NCBI GenBank assembly: GCA_005223095.1
Contig: NJBQ01000004.1
Coordinates: 1-60,878, forward strand
Length of the DNA: 60,878 nucleotides
Source of the DNA: Candidatus Aerophobetes bacterium Ae_b3a
GTDB taxonomy: Bacteria; Aerophobota; Aerophobia; Aerophobales; AE-B3A
Direction of reading: 5' to 3'
Shown here: in pieces, positions 48,983 to 58,403 of the stretch
How the letters are laid out: each line of letters begins with the position of its first letter
How positions within the stretch are numbered: the first letter of the stretch is position 1
Made by a program: the position numbers and the translations under genes
The notes under the pieces: generated by a model
What the model was told of the DNA's origin: nothing
The model's input: the letters and a program-made list of their open reading frames with translations, nothing else
The model's database searches: none

Positions 48983-48990
48983 AACTTACA

Positions 48991-49899
48991 TCACCCCAGA
49001 CTTTTTCTACCCCAAATTCTTAGCTGAACCCAGGAAGCCATTACAACAAAACCAAATAGACCAAATGAAATTGCACTAGCATAACCGAATTTAAAGTATT
49101 GGAAAGCTGTATTGTACAGATAAAGAGTCATTGAGATTGACGAATTTGCTGGACCACCATGGGTAAGTACATAAGGCTCCGTAAATATTCTAAAAGAACC
49201 TATGGTTTCGATAATAAAGCAGAAAAAAAGAATAGGTTTTAATGCGGGTATAGTAATATGCCATGTCCTCTGAAGAGCATTTGCTCCGTCGATTTCAGCT
49301 GCTTCGTATAACTGCGTATTGATAGTTTGCAACCCAGCTAGCAGGATGATCATATACCATCCCACTACACGCCATATATTCAAGATTATGATTGAGTTTT
49401 TGGACCACTTACTACTCGCTATCCAAGGTATACGAAAGATACCTATCTTATTTAGCACATAATTTAACACGCCATACTCTGTGTCATATATAACGCCAAA
49501 CACTAAGGCAACTGCAACTATAGCAATGCAAGTAGGAAGGTAAAAAGTCATCCTGTAAAATCCCTTCATTCTTAGTGCTACAGAGTTTAGTACAATGGCG
49601 AGTGCTAGGGCAAGCAGAAGCATAATAAAGATGTGACCGAGCCACATATAAGCAGTGTTTTTCAAGCTTACCCAGAATAATTCATCCTCAAGGAGATTCA
49701 TATAATTTCTCAGTCCCACAAAATCTCTTGGTCCAAATCCTCTCCACTGGTGAAAGCTTAGGTAAAAGGAGTAAAGAATTGGGAAAGCTCCAAAAATCAT
49801 AAAGAGAATGTAAAAGGGAGAGATAAAAATATAAGCATTTCGGTAGCGCTTAACTTCTTTAACTAAGCTACCTACTCCCCTTGTTTTCTTTATGTACAT
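48991..49899 (-). CDS. carbohydrate ABC transporter permease (MalF-like)
   Basis: FVGLRNY, LYEAAEIDGA, GYASAI. Confidence 0.95.
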   Translation of the reverse strand: MYIKKTRGVGSLVKEVKRYRNAYIFISPFYILFMIFGAFPILYSFYLSFHQWRGFGPRDFVGLRNYMNLLEDELFWVSLKNTAYMWLGHIFIMLLLALALAIVLNSVALRMKGFYRMTFYLPTCIAIVAVALVFGVIYDTEYGVLNYVLNKIGIFRIPWIASSKWSKNSIIILNIWRVVGWYMIILLAGLQTINTQLYEAAEIDGANALQRTWHITIPALKPILFFCFIIETIGSFRIFTEPYVLTHGGPANSSISMTLYLYNTAFQYFKFGYASAISFGLFGFVVMASWVQLRIWGRKSLG

Positions 49900-49922
49900 A
49901 TCTACTCACCTTTCAAATCGTT

Positions 49923-49956
49923 CCCCTAAAGGAGGGATAAATCCCTCCTTTAGGGG
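49923..49956. terminator. perfect 16-bp stem-loop between SBP and permease (mRNA stabiliser or partial terminator)
   Basis: cccctaaaggagggat-aa-atccctcctttagggg. Confidence 0.7.
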
Positions 49957-49970
49957 TCATCTGCTGTTAA

Positions 49971-51281
49971 CTACAAAGATTCTCCAATTTTTCGTCTGAT
50001 GGTAGTAGCGGCGTCTCTGATAGCCTGTTCAACAGTTTTTTGACCTTCAATTGCCTTCATTAGTTCAGCCATGATGTACGAAGAAGCTTCAACATTGTTA
50101 GCAGTATAGTGGGGCATTTTTGCGTTTTCTTGAATTTCAAACTCTAGCTCTCTCACATACTGCCCTCCGTAGAACTCTGAAGTTTGGTGAAAGAAAGGGT
50201 CTTTTTGAGCGGGGAGATAAGCTGGAGTTGCCCACCATGTTTTGTTCAGTTCAACGGTTGTCTCTATATCTAGGAAGCTATGTCGCATGTACTCCCAGAC
50301 AACATCTGGCATCTCTGTTTCAGATGTACCAGCAACATTTGCTGAGCCAGACTGAAATGCGTAACGAGAACCTCCCTTCTTAAATGCAGGGAGGAGCATA
50401 ATACCCCACTTTCCCTTTGTCTCAGGAGCTTGTTTTTTCATAATTTCTGTCATCCAGTTAGCTGTTACTATCGAAGCCACCCTTCCTTCCTTAAGAGCAG
50501 CCCACCAGGAACCAGACCAGTCATCCATTTGAACAGCGATGCCCTCCTTAATGAACTTGTCGAGAAGGGATAACGCCTCAATAGCTCTGGGATCTTTATC
50601 TATCAGAGTATCGCCTGTATTTGGATCGAATATGCTGAGTCCATCCTGAAGACCAAGAAACATCTCGACTTTATAGTACTGGAGCTCGGTACCTCCCACG
50701 TTTGTCATAAAACGTTCTTTACCTCCAAGGGTTCTGGAAACCTTTTTACCTGCTGCGATATAATCGTCCCAGGTTTCAATTGCTCCTGGATCAATTCCTG
50801 CCATATCAAATATATCTCTGCGGTAAAAAAGCATTCCAGTATTAGGTCTCCAAGGTACTGCCCATACCTTTCCATGACGACTAACGGAGTCCAGTACGGG
50901 AGTCGGAATGTCTTTTAGGTATGGTTGTATTCTCTTTGTCAAGTCCAGAAGGACACCAGCGTCGGCAAGTTCAGGAATGTAACCAGAGGGACATTCAATA
51001 CAATCGGGGATTCCTGTACCAGTGGCATAGGCCATTATCAGTTTTTTTATCTGTTCGTCACTATCAGGTGATTGTATATTTTCGAATTCTATCCCCTCAT
51101 ATTGGGGATAATCTTTCACGAATAGATCAAAAGCCTTTTTGTAGAATGTCCAGTCTCCCCAGGTCCAGAATACAAACTTATTTGTCGACGATGCCCAACC
51201 TGTTCCTATACTCATAATTGAGATAGCAAACAATACTATGAACACCCACGCTGCTTTTCTTTGTTTCTTTCTTTTAAACAT
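49971..51281 (-). CDS. sugar ABC transporter solute-binding protein
   Basis: signal peptide, FWTW, LFYRRDIF..AGI, TWDDY. Confidence 0.92.
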   Translation of the reverse strand: MFKRKKQRKAAWVFIVLFAISIMSIGTGWASSTNKFVFWTWGDWTFYKKAFDLFVKDYPQYEGIEFENIQSPDSDEQIKKLIMAYATGTGIPDCIECPSGYIPELADAGVLLDLTKRIQPYLKDIPTPVLDSVSRHGKVWAVPWRPNTGMLFYRRDIFDMAGIDPGAIETWDDYIAAGKKVSRTLGGKERFMTNVGGTELQYYKVEMFLGLQDGLSIFDPNTGDTLIDKDPRAIEALSLLDKFIKEGIAVQMDDWSGSWWAALKEGRVASIVTANWMTEIMKKQAPETKGKWGIMLLPAFKKGGSRYAFQSGSANVAGTSETEMPDVVWEYMRHSFLDIETTVELNKTWWATPAYLPAQKDPFFHQTSEFYGGQYVRELEFEIQENAKMPHYTANNVEASSYIMAELMKAIEGQKTVEQAIRDAATTIRRKIGESL

Positions 51282-51588
51282 CTACATCCTCCTATTTCGT
51301 GTTTAGTCTAGACTGCCTTAGTTCTATTGCCTCCGTCACCCCCTTCCAACCTTAATTTGCAGCTTTATCTTTTTAAAAAAGATCCAGGTTTGAAGAGATG
51401 GAATTCTACATTTACCATACACTTACCTCTTTTTCATTTTACCAAAAATAGGTATTTGAGATGTGTTTCATGGACTTCCTGAATCAAAATTCCTCTGATG
51501 AACTTGTCTACTGCAAAATTTAAACCATCTTGACTTTCTTGAGCTCCCAGTGAAGGAAAGAATGAAAACCTCTGATTATATAGCCTAG

Positions 51589-53208
51589 TTAGATTCCCAT
51601 TTTCCTCGCGTACTCCTTTGCTACCTCAATTGTAGCTAGTACTTCTTCCTTATGATCTGAAAGTGTATCATCAACAATACTAAGAGTCGGGATAAGAATA
51701 GGTGAGAAAGTGACCCGTTTATAGCATTCAAACCCTCTTTCGTGAACTCCTGAACTGCCTGCTCCTGGGGCTGGCAGCCTAAGGTGGCCAGCCATACGTG
51801 CATATTTAGTAAAAGCTTCCAGATACAAGGGATAACGCTGAGAATGGAATAGTGGTATAAGCGGCAGGAGAGCGTCGTACCATCCTTCTCCAAAGAGAAG
51901 AATCTGAGAATACCGCTCTCGAATCCGCAAACATAACGATTTGAATCCTTCAAAGAAGTCATATTTAGGATCGTTAACATGCCAATGGGAGATATCGTAA
52001 AAAACACCATCAACACCATACTTATCTATAAGTTCAGAGGCGCGGTTAAACATATAATCCTGGTAGCCTTTATGTCCCATATTGAGCCAGTGAACTTGTT
52101 CCTGGCCTGAACGATCATTATCCCAGTCAACAAAGTTTACAAAATCTTCCCAACCTTGAGCAGTATGACTAATGGCATCCTCGAGGCCAAGTTTGTGGAG
52201 CCATTTCATGTTAGCCCCATTTGTTCCAAACATAGGAACAACATGTAGACCCATCTCGTGAGCTCCATCAACTAGTCGTTTAAATCCTGTCTCTCCTCCC
52301 ATACGCTCAGAGACTTGATAAAGCGGATAATTGTAGTAATAGCGGCCATCCCAACCTGGCAAATACACTAATACTCGCTCACCAGGTATATACTTGGTGA
52401 CGAAACGTAAAATATCAAGGTGCTGATTAAAGGTATTAAAGACGTAACCTGTCCAGTGTTCGCCATGCATATTCAACACAAGAGAGATTTTACGAGCCCA
52501 ATTCGGGATGTCCTTACGCTCTTCCCAGGAGCGTAGTCCCCACTTTTCTTTCATTAATTGCAAGCGCTCCTGATAGACGGATTCTATATCGAGACAGGGA
52601 CCAAAGCGCCATTCTGGCATATTAATCTCTGTGCGGAAATGTCGGGCATTCTCTACGAAAATCAAATCGATTACTTGCTCTCTATTCTTGTCAAACCAAA
52701 TGGCAAATCGTTTTTGGCGGATTTGATCATCCATGTTCATAGCGTAGAATTGACGATTTCCATCGCCAACTCGAAAGAAGAAAATGGGAAAGCCTTCCTC
52801 AGTATATCGAAGTACACATTCTTCTGGCCATTCTACAGGTATAGCCTGTTCTATATTATGTTTATTAGTGGCTCCCCATCGGGTTGAGATGACCTCTGAA
52901 ATTGCTGGAACCCCTTTTAGAAGAACTCCCAGAGATTTGATTTTCTCAGGATGGGTTGCCGAAGCGATAACACTCAAGCCTTCATCTAGCGCTTGAATCT
53001 TAGCTTGAAAGGTTCCTCGGCAATGAATCTGACGGCCAGCTGCGAAAAAGCCATTGGCTTTTACTCGAACTCCATTCGGAATAGTCTCTACTTGTGTTTG
53101 AGTTGGATCTAGTGTATAAGTATTTTCCAAAGTGAACACACGGAAAGCAATTCTATAACCTCTGAATTCAAAATAATGATCGCCAAAGTCATAGCTGAAA
53201 TTATGCAC
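51589..53208 (-). CDS. putative TIM-barrel glycoside hydrolase of unassigned family
   Basis: GWDG, GG..GFK.LVD.AHE.G, GVDGVFYD, FGEG; lies in a sugar locus. Confidence 0.6.
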   Translation of the reverse strand: MHNFSYDFGDHYFEFRGYRIAFRVFTLENTYTLDPTQTQVETIPNGVRVKANGFFAAGRQIHCRGTFQAKIQALDEGLSVIASATHPEKIKSLGVLLKGVPAISEVISTRWGATNKHNIEQAIPVEWPEECVLRYTEEGFPIFFFRVGDGNRQFYAMNMDDQIRQKRFAIWFDKNREQVIDLIFVENARHFRTEINMPEWRFGPCLDIESVYQERLQLMKEKWGLRSWEERKDIPNWARKISLVLNMHGEHWTGYVFNTFNQHLDILRFVTKYIPGERVLVYLPGWDGRYYYNYPLYQVSERMGGETGFKRLVDGAHEMGLHVVPMFGTNGANMKWLHKLGLEDAISHTAQGWEDFVNFVDWDNDRSGQEQVHWLNMGHKGYQDYMFNRASELIDKYGVDGVFYDISHWHVNDPKYDFFEGFKSLCLRIRERYSQILLFGEGWYDALLPLIPLFHSQRYPLYLEAFTKYARMAGHLRLPAPGAGSSGVHERGFECYKRVTFSPILIPTLSIVDDTLSDHKEEVLATIEVAKEYARKMGI

Positions 53209-53228
53209 GCTCTTACTCCTTTATTTAT

Positions 53229-54200
53229 TTAGAAATTGATGTTTGATATAATTGCTAGACCTACCTGTTCTCTCCGATCACTGAAACGACTGGCATTGTA
53301 CCAGAGGTACCATTGATTACGAAAATACACGACATATGGCTTATAGATGTTGCAATCATCCCAACTTCCCTTAGGCCCCGGCCCGATAATGGGATTTTTC
53401 GGGTAACGCTCCCAATTATGGATACCATCTTTAGAGCGAGCCATCCCAATTCGAGATTCCTCAAAACCTTTTTCAAAACCAATGTAGAAAGCAATATAGT
53501 CTTTTTTTCTGGGCACGATGCAGGCCGCCGTGACTTTATCGGCTTCCCACCCATCAGCAGGACACAACATGGGGTTAGTAAGTTCTCGCTCCCAATGAAT
53601 GCCATCTTTACTCTCAGCATATCCAATGGCATCTGGCTCGTACATATCGCCCCCAGAGTACCACAAGCGAAATTTACTACCTTCATAAAGGACATGAGGA
53701 CACTCAACACACGACTTTTCCCATTCCTCACAAGGCTCAAGTACAGGATTAGTGCCCGTACGAACCCAATGAATCCCATCTTCACTTGTGGCTAAACCAA
53801 TAGCAGTTCTTCCTCTATCTCTATTTCCCCCTGTGTACCACATATACCAAGTATTACCTACATGAAGAACATGAGGGCGATTAATTCCATCTTTTTCCCA
53901 TTCCAGGCTTGGGTTTACCTTTTCGGGAGGTACAGCTGAAGGAAAATATGTATTTTTTGTAATGTAATTCGAATACACTCTTGTCCATTGTATATTTGGA
54001 GTCACTTCGAGAACTATACGCGGTGCAGTCCAATGAACCCCATCCTTGCTCTCAGTATATCCGATGGAATGTAAGTCACGCCAGGAAAACCACATACGCA
54101 ACTTTCCCCCTTCCGGAACCACACAAACATCAAAAATAGCCAAAATGCAATATCCCGGTCCTAATATAGGATTGTCAGGATGCTTCTTCCATTCATTCAT
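53229..54200 (-). CDS. five-bladed beta-propeller glycosidase (GH130/GH32/GH117-like)
   Basis: repeated IGxAxSxDGxHW and NP(I/V)L blades. Confidence 0.8.
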   Translation of the reverse strand: MNEWKKHPDNPILGPGYCILAIFDVCVVPEGGKLRMWFSWRDLHSIGYTESKDGVHWTAPRIVLEVTPNIQWTRVYSNYITKNTYFPSAVPPEKVNPSLEWEKDGINRPHVLHVGNTWYMWYTGGNRDRGRTAIGLATSEDGIHWVRTGTNPVLEPCEEWEKSCVECPHVLYEGSKFRLWYSGGDMYEPDAIGYAESKDGIHWERELTNPMLCPADGWEADKVTAACIVPRKKDYIAFYIGFEKGFEESRIGMARSKDGIHNWERYPKNPIIGPGPKGSWDDCNIYKPYVVYFRNQWYLWYNASRFSDRREQVGLAIISNINF

Positions 54201-54322
54201 CTTTTGACTCCTGGTAAGATTTTCTCTTGCCTAATTTCTTAAATCGACCCACTTTATAATGTGTCCTTTATATTCTGTTTTCGGCAATGTGCTATAAGCT
54301 TCGATTCTCGATCCTGAGAGAA

Positions 54323-55336
54323 TTACTCTTCAAATCCACAGGACTTACGAATGACAATTTCTGGCTCAATTTGAATATCTTTATCATTAGTTATCTCTTT
54401 TTTCATCATTCTCATCAATAATTCTACTCCTGACTTGCCACTCTTAGATTGGAAGACATGCATAGTGGTCAGTGGTGGTTCGTAATAGGCTGAAGTAGGA
54501 AGATCATCGAATCCTATAACGGCTATGTCTTCAGGTACACGTAGATCGTGTTCTTTGATTGCTCTTAAAACTCCCAGTGCCACAATGTCGTTATAGCAAA
54601 AAACAGCACTTGGCACCCGAGGGTGTTCAAGAACTTTCTTCATAGCCCGATATCCACCTTCGGCAGTTTTATTGCTTCGTTGGACTGAGCATTGCTCACT
54701 CAGATCGTATTTATTCATAGCACTCATGTACCCATCTTCTCTTGTCTTTACATTTAATAGTGGTGCTTCCTCAGCGATATGAGCTATGCTGCGATGTCCT
54801 AATTTGATCAGGTGCTCTGTAGCCTTGAACCCACCAGAAGCAAAATTAATGGTGACACATCCAATTTTGGGACCGGTCCACCTCTCTCCTATCGATACGA
54901 CAGGAACCCGAGTGCGTTTTAGCTCCTGCAGTGCTCTATTTCCAGAGGGGTGAGGTCCTCCTATAATCAGGATTCCGTCTATATATTTGGATTGCAGCAT
55001 CTCTATATATAATTCTTCTCTCCTGGGACTCTGATGGGCACTACTCAGGAGCAGACGATGTTTATATTGATCCAATGTTCGATCTATTTCATATAGAACA
55101 GTATTGTAATAGGGATCACTTATATCCAGGACTAAAACACCAACAATTTCTGTCTTTTTGGTTTTGAGCGCTCGGGCAAGAATACTAGGCTGATAGCCGA
55201 ATTTTTTGGCGAGAGTTCGAATTCTTTCCTGTGTGCCCTCACTTATGGGAACCCTGGTAGTTTTTTCATTAAGCACTTTAGATATAGTTGAAGCCGATAC
55301 ATCTGCTTTTTTTGCTAGTTCTCTCAGCGTAACTAT
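54323..55336 (-). CDS. LacI-family regulator (probable ATA start at 55336)
   Basis: HTH VTLRELAKKADVSASTISKVLN lies upstream of the ORF-track start; AAGGA RBS 7 nt before ATA; VPEDIAVIGFDD, PPLTT. Confidence 0.9.
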   Translation of the reverse strand: MVTLRELAKKADVSASTISKVLNEKTTRVPISEGTQERIRTLAKKFGYQPSILARALKTKKTEIVGVLVLDISDPYYNTVLYEIDRTLDQYKHRLLLSSAHQSPRREELYIEMLQSKYIDGILIIGGPHPSGNRALQELKRTRVPVVSIGERWTGPKIGCVTINFASGGFKATEHLIKLGHRSIAHIAEEAPLLNVKTREDGYMSAMNKYDLSEQCSVQRSNKTAEGGYRAMKKVLEHPRVPSAVFCYNDIVALGVLRAIKEHDLRVPEDIAVIGFDDLPTSAYYEPPLTTMHVFQSKSGKSGVELLMRMMKKEITNDKDIQIEPEIVIRKSCGFEE

Positions 55337-55834
55337 CTGTTTTTCCTTTGTTCTATTTAAAAAGTTAACGGTGATGACTAACCGATGATACGAAACCGAT
55401 GTAACAACATTTTATATCAGTTTAAAATCTTGTCAACCCTCACATCTGCAAAAAATTCCACATAGTTTTTACCGAGGCGTTGAATTAAAGGATGGTTGGG
55501 AAGATGATAAAGTGAAAATGGAAAAGGATTTTTTTGCCTGACAAAGCTTGATATTTTAGATAGAATTTTGGAGAAACTCTAGGAAAAGTATTGAAAAAGC
55601 AAAAAGGATACTTCAGGAGACGTACAATGAATAATGCCTATCTTATATAGAGGAAAAAAGATAAAAGGCCCGCTGAAGCTTGTCTTTCGTCAATTGAATT
55701 TTCCAGTGAAAGAATGAGCGGGGTTTAATGGAAGTTTCTCGAATTGTTCGAGGTTTTTTGATGGCTACTCTGATTGTTCGTAGTTAACAGTCCGCTATTC
55801 ACTGGCTAAAATCTTCAAATAATGGACTATGAGC

Positions 55835-55873
55835 AGTAAAGAACCCACCCAGCTTGCTGGCGGGTTCTTTACT
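55835..55873. other. hairpin at the island/duplication junction (IS200/IS605-end-like)
   Basis: agtaaagaaccc-acccagcttgctggc-gggttctttact; its last base coincides with the first base of the right direct repeat. Confidence 0.6.
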
Positions 55874-56866
55874 TCGAACATACCATTGCTATAATGAAAA
55901 ACGAGCCAGAAATATTAACATTAACTAAACAAAAAAAAGAGAAGTGTGAAACATAACGGCAGACGTTATTATCCATTCAGTCAGTTTTTGAGGGAAAGGT
56001 TCGGCTGTAAGGTTTATAAATTGCCTGTTGATGCTGGTTTTACCTGTCCCAATAGAGATGGCAAGATTGGTTACGGTGGTTGCACTTACTGTTATAACCC
56101 AAGTTTCAGCCCTCCCATCCTTTTACAAAAATCAAGTATTCCTCTCCAGGTTAAATATAGAAAAGCTTTGCTCAAAAGAAAAGGTAAAGTTAACAAATTT
56201 TTGGTCTATTTTCAATCCTATACAAATACCTACGCAAGAGTGAAGATTCTAAAGAGGCTGTATGATGAGGCTATTCAGGATAAGGACGTCATCGGCTTTT
56301 GCATCGGAACCAGACCTGACTGTGTTCCTGATGAAGTGCTTGACCTCATTGAAAGTTATGCCAAGGATTACCATATCTGGCTCGAATATGGACTCCAATC
56401 AATGCATGATGAGACACTTTTAAGAATTAGGAGGGGTCATAATTTTGCTCAGTTTGGAGATGCAGTTAAGCGAACGCAGGGTAGGAATATCTTTATTTGC
56501 GTTCATATTATTCTGGGTCTACCGGGTGAGGCAAAAGAAGACATCCTCAAAACAACTAGGGCGCTAGTCAGAATGGGAATTGATGGAATTAAGCTCCACC
56601 ACCTCCAAGTTATAAAGAATACAAGGATAGCTAGAGAATTTAGCAAAGGAGAATTTAAGGTTCTTTCTTTAGAAGACTATATAAAACTTGTTTGCGATGT
56701 GCTTGAATTGCTTCCGGCCAGGATTGCTATCCAACGACTGGTAGGAGAAGTTCTTCAAGATAAGATGCTTGTCGCCCCCCGCTGGAATCTCAATAAACAT
56801 AAGGTTCTCTCTGCTATTGACCAGGAGTTTGTAGATAGGGGTTCTTTCCAGGGCTCAAAGTTTGAT
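55873..56866 (+). repeat. 994-bp direct repeat, right copy
   Basis: matches 46296-47290. Confidence 0.95.
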
Positions 56867-56881
56867 TCCAAGAAATCATGA
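55946..56881 (+). CDS. TIGR01212 radical SAM protein, copy 2
   Basis: near-identical to 46370-47320 with a different C-terminal tail. Confidence 0.93.
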   Translation: MKHNGRRYYPFSQFLRERFGCKVYKLPVDAGFTCPNRDGKIGYGGCTYCYNPSFSPPILLQKSSIPLQVKYRKALLKRKGKVNKFLVYFQSYTNTYARVKILKRLYDEAIQDKDVIGFCIGTRPDCVPDEVLDLIESYAKDYHIWLEYGLQSMHDETLLRIRRGHNFAQFGDAVKRTQGRNIFICVHIILGLPGEAKEDILKTTRALVRMGIDGIKLHHLQVIKNTRIAREFSKGEFKVLSLEDYIKLVCDVLELLPARIAIQRLVGEVLQDKMLVAPRWNLNKHKVLSAIDQEFVDRGSFQGSKFDSKKS

Positions 56882-57085
56882 ACAGTTCATAGTTATGAGT
56901 TCATAGTTCATCGACGGAAAGAACGAACGGTGAGCCAGTTGACTAGGGGGCCAGCAGGTCAATGAACAATGAACTACGAACAATGAACACAAAAAGGGGA
57001 GAGAGCACTACTCACCAATTAACCACTCACCACTTACCATCTTATTGTTTTCTGTCGATGAACAACGAACTATGAACTATAAACT
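56880..57085. repeat. composite heptamer (gttcata/tatgaac) palindromic repeat
   Basis: inverted heptamer arms; contains the copy of 432-535. Confidence 0.85.
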
Positions 57086-57090
57086 AAATG

Positions 57091-58146
57091 CTATCCGCTG
57101 TCTTTTTCTATGTGGATTGTTCTTGTGGGGAAGGGGATCTTTACTCCCTGAGTCTGGAGCTCTTCGTAGGCGGCAGAGGTGATCTTATCCTGTATGTTAA
57201 ATCTATCCTTAAAATTATGAACCCAAAAGACTAGCCTGAAGTTAAGGGAAAAGTCAGCCATTTCCATAAAATAGACTCTGGGAGGAGGGTCTTCAAGAAT
57301 TCCCTTTGTCTTATTAATACAGGCAAGGAGAATTTGTTTTGCCTTCTTTATATCCGACCCGTAGGCTATCCCTATCTGAATTACCATCTTTAGGTTAATG
57401 GCGGGACGTCCGTAATTGGTAATTTTGGTTGTCACTAGGCTATTATTGGGAATGATAATTTCATTTCCCTCATCAAAAGATTTTATACGGGTAGACCTTA
57501 GGCCTATGTCAATAACCTCTCCTATTTCTCCAGTTTCCAGTTTTATGAAGTCGCCTATCTTAAACGATTTATCAGCAATGAGAGCCACTCCACCAAAGAC
57601 ATTAGCAAAGATGTCTTGCAAGGCAAAACCTATAATAAAGCCAGCAATACCCAGGCTGGCTACCAAAGCAGTTACTTTTATACCCCAGACGTCAAGGATG
57701 AAGATAAGCAAAAGGATAAATACAACAAAGTTTAGAATTTTTCTGCTTATTACTATCAATTCGTGCCCTCTGGCCTTACCCGTAACTGCCTTTCTTTGTG
57801 TAAACCAGGTTTTGATAAACAAATTGATGAAGAAAGCGACTAGATAACAGGAAATGCCTATGACTACGGAGGCTAACGCCTTGGAAGAGATACTTTTGAC
57901 CAGGGCAGGAAGAGGGAGGAAGTTAAGGGCAGTGGCTATTCCGGCCAGAAGAATAAAATAGAATACAGGAGTTTTCACTCGGGCCAGGATAATATCGTCA
58001 AGCTGGGTGGCGGTTTTTTTTGTCCATCGTTCTACCAGATGAGTGAGAACAAGATAGACAAATTTCGCTCCCAGGAAAAAAATCACAAAACTCAAAGCTG
58101 CTTTGAAATAAGGACTAATACCAAGTTCTTCCAGAAATTCTAACAT
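57091..58146 (-). CDS. mscS: MscS-family mechanosensitive channel
   Basis: GFALQD..AN.FGG, FKIGD, IGLRST, IPNN, IPFPTR. Confidence 0.93.
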   Translation of the reverse strand: MLEFLEELGISPYFKAALSFVIFFLGAKFVYLVLTHLVERWTKKTATQLDDIILARVKTPVFYFILLAGIATALNFLPLPALVKSISSKALASVVIGISCYLVAFFINLFIKTWFTQRKAVTGKARGHELIVISRKILNFVVFILLLIFILDVWGIKVTALVASLGIAGFIIGFALQDIFANVFGGVALIADKSFKIGDFIKLETGEIGEVIDIGLRSTRIKSFDEGNEIIIPNNSLVTTKITNYGRPAINLKMVIQIGIAYGSDIKKAKQILLACINKTKGILEDPPPRVYFMEMADFSLNFRLVFWVHNFKDRFNIQDKITSAAYEELQTQGVKIPFPTRTIHIEKDSG

Positions 58147-58403
58147 TTTATTTTCTTCCCAACCTCTCTTTGATTGTTTCTAGGATATAACAAAGCATCT
58201 CTGTGTCAAGAATATTTTTCTTTTGGTGTCTATCCCTCTTTTGTTGGAGCAGATATACGTCTATTTCAACGGGCCATCCAATTGCATGCCATTCAATATG
58301 TCACGCACTGTTGACAAACATTCGATAAGTGTAATAATATAATACGGAGCAACATCATCACTTCTCCAAAATTAGAAATGAGCGCTGAAAAGAGAGATAG
58401 AGA

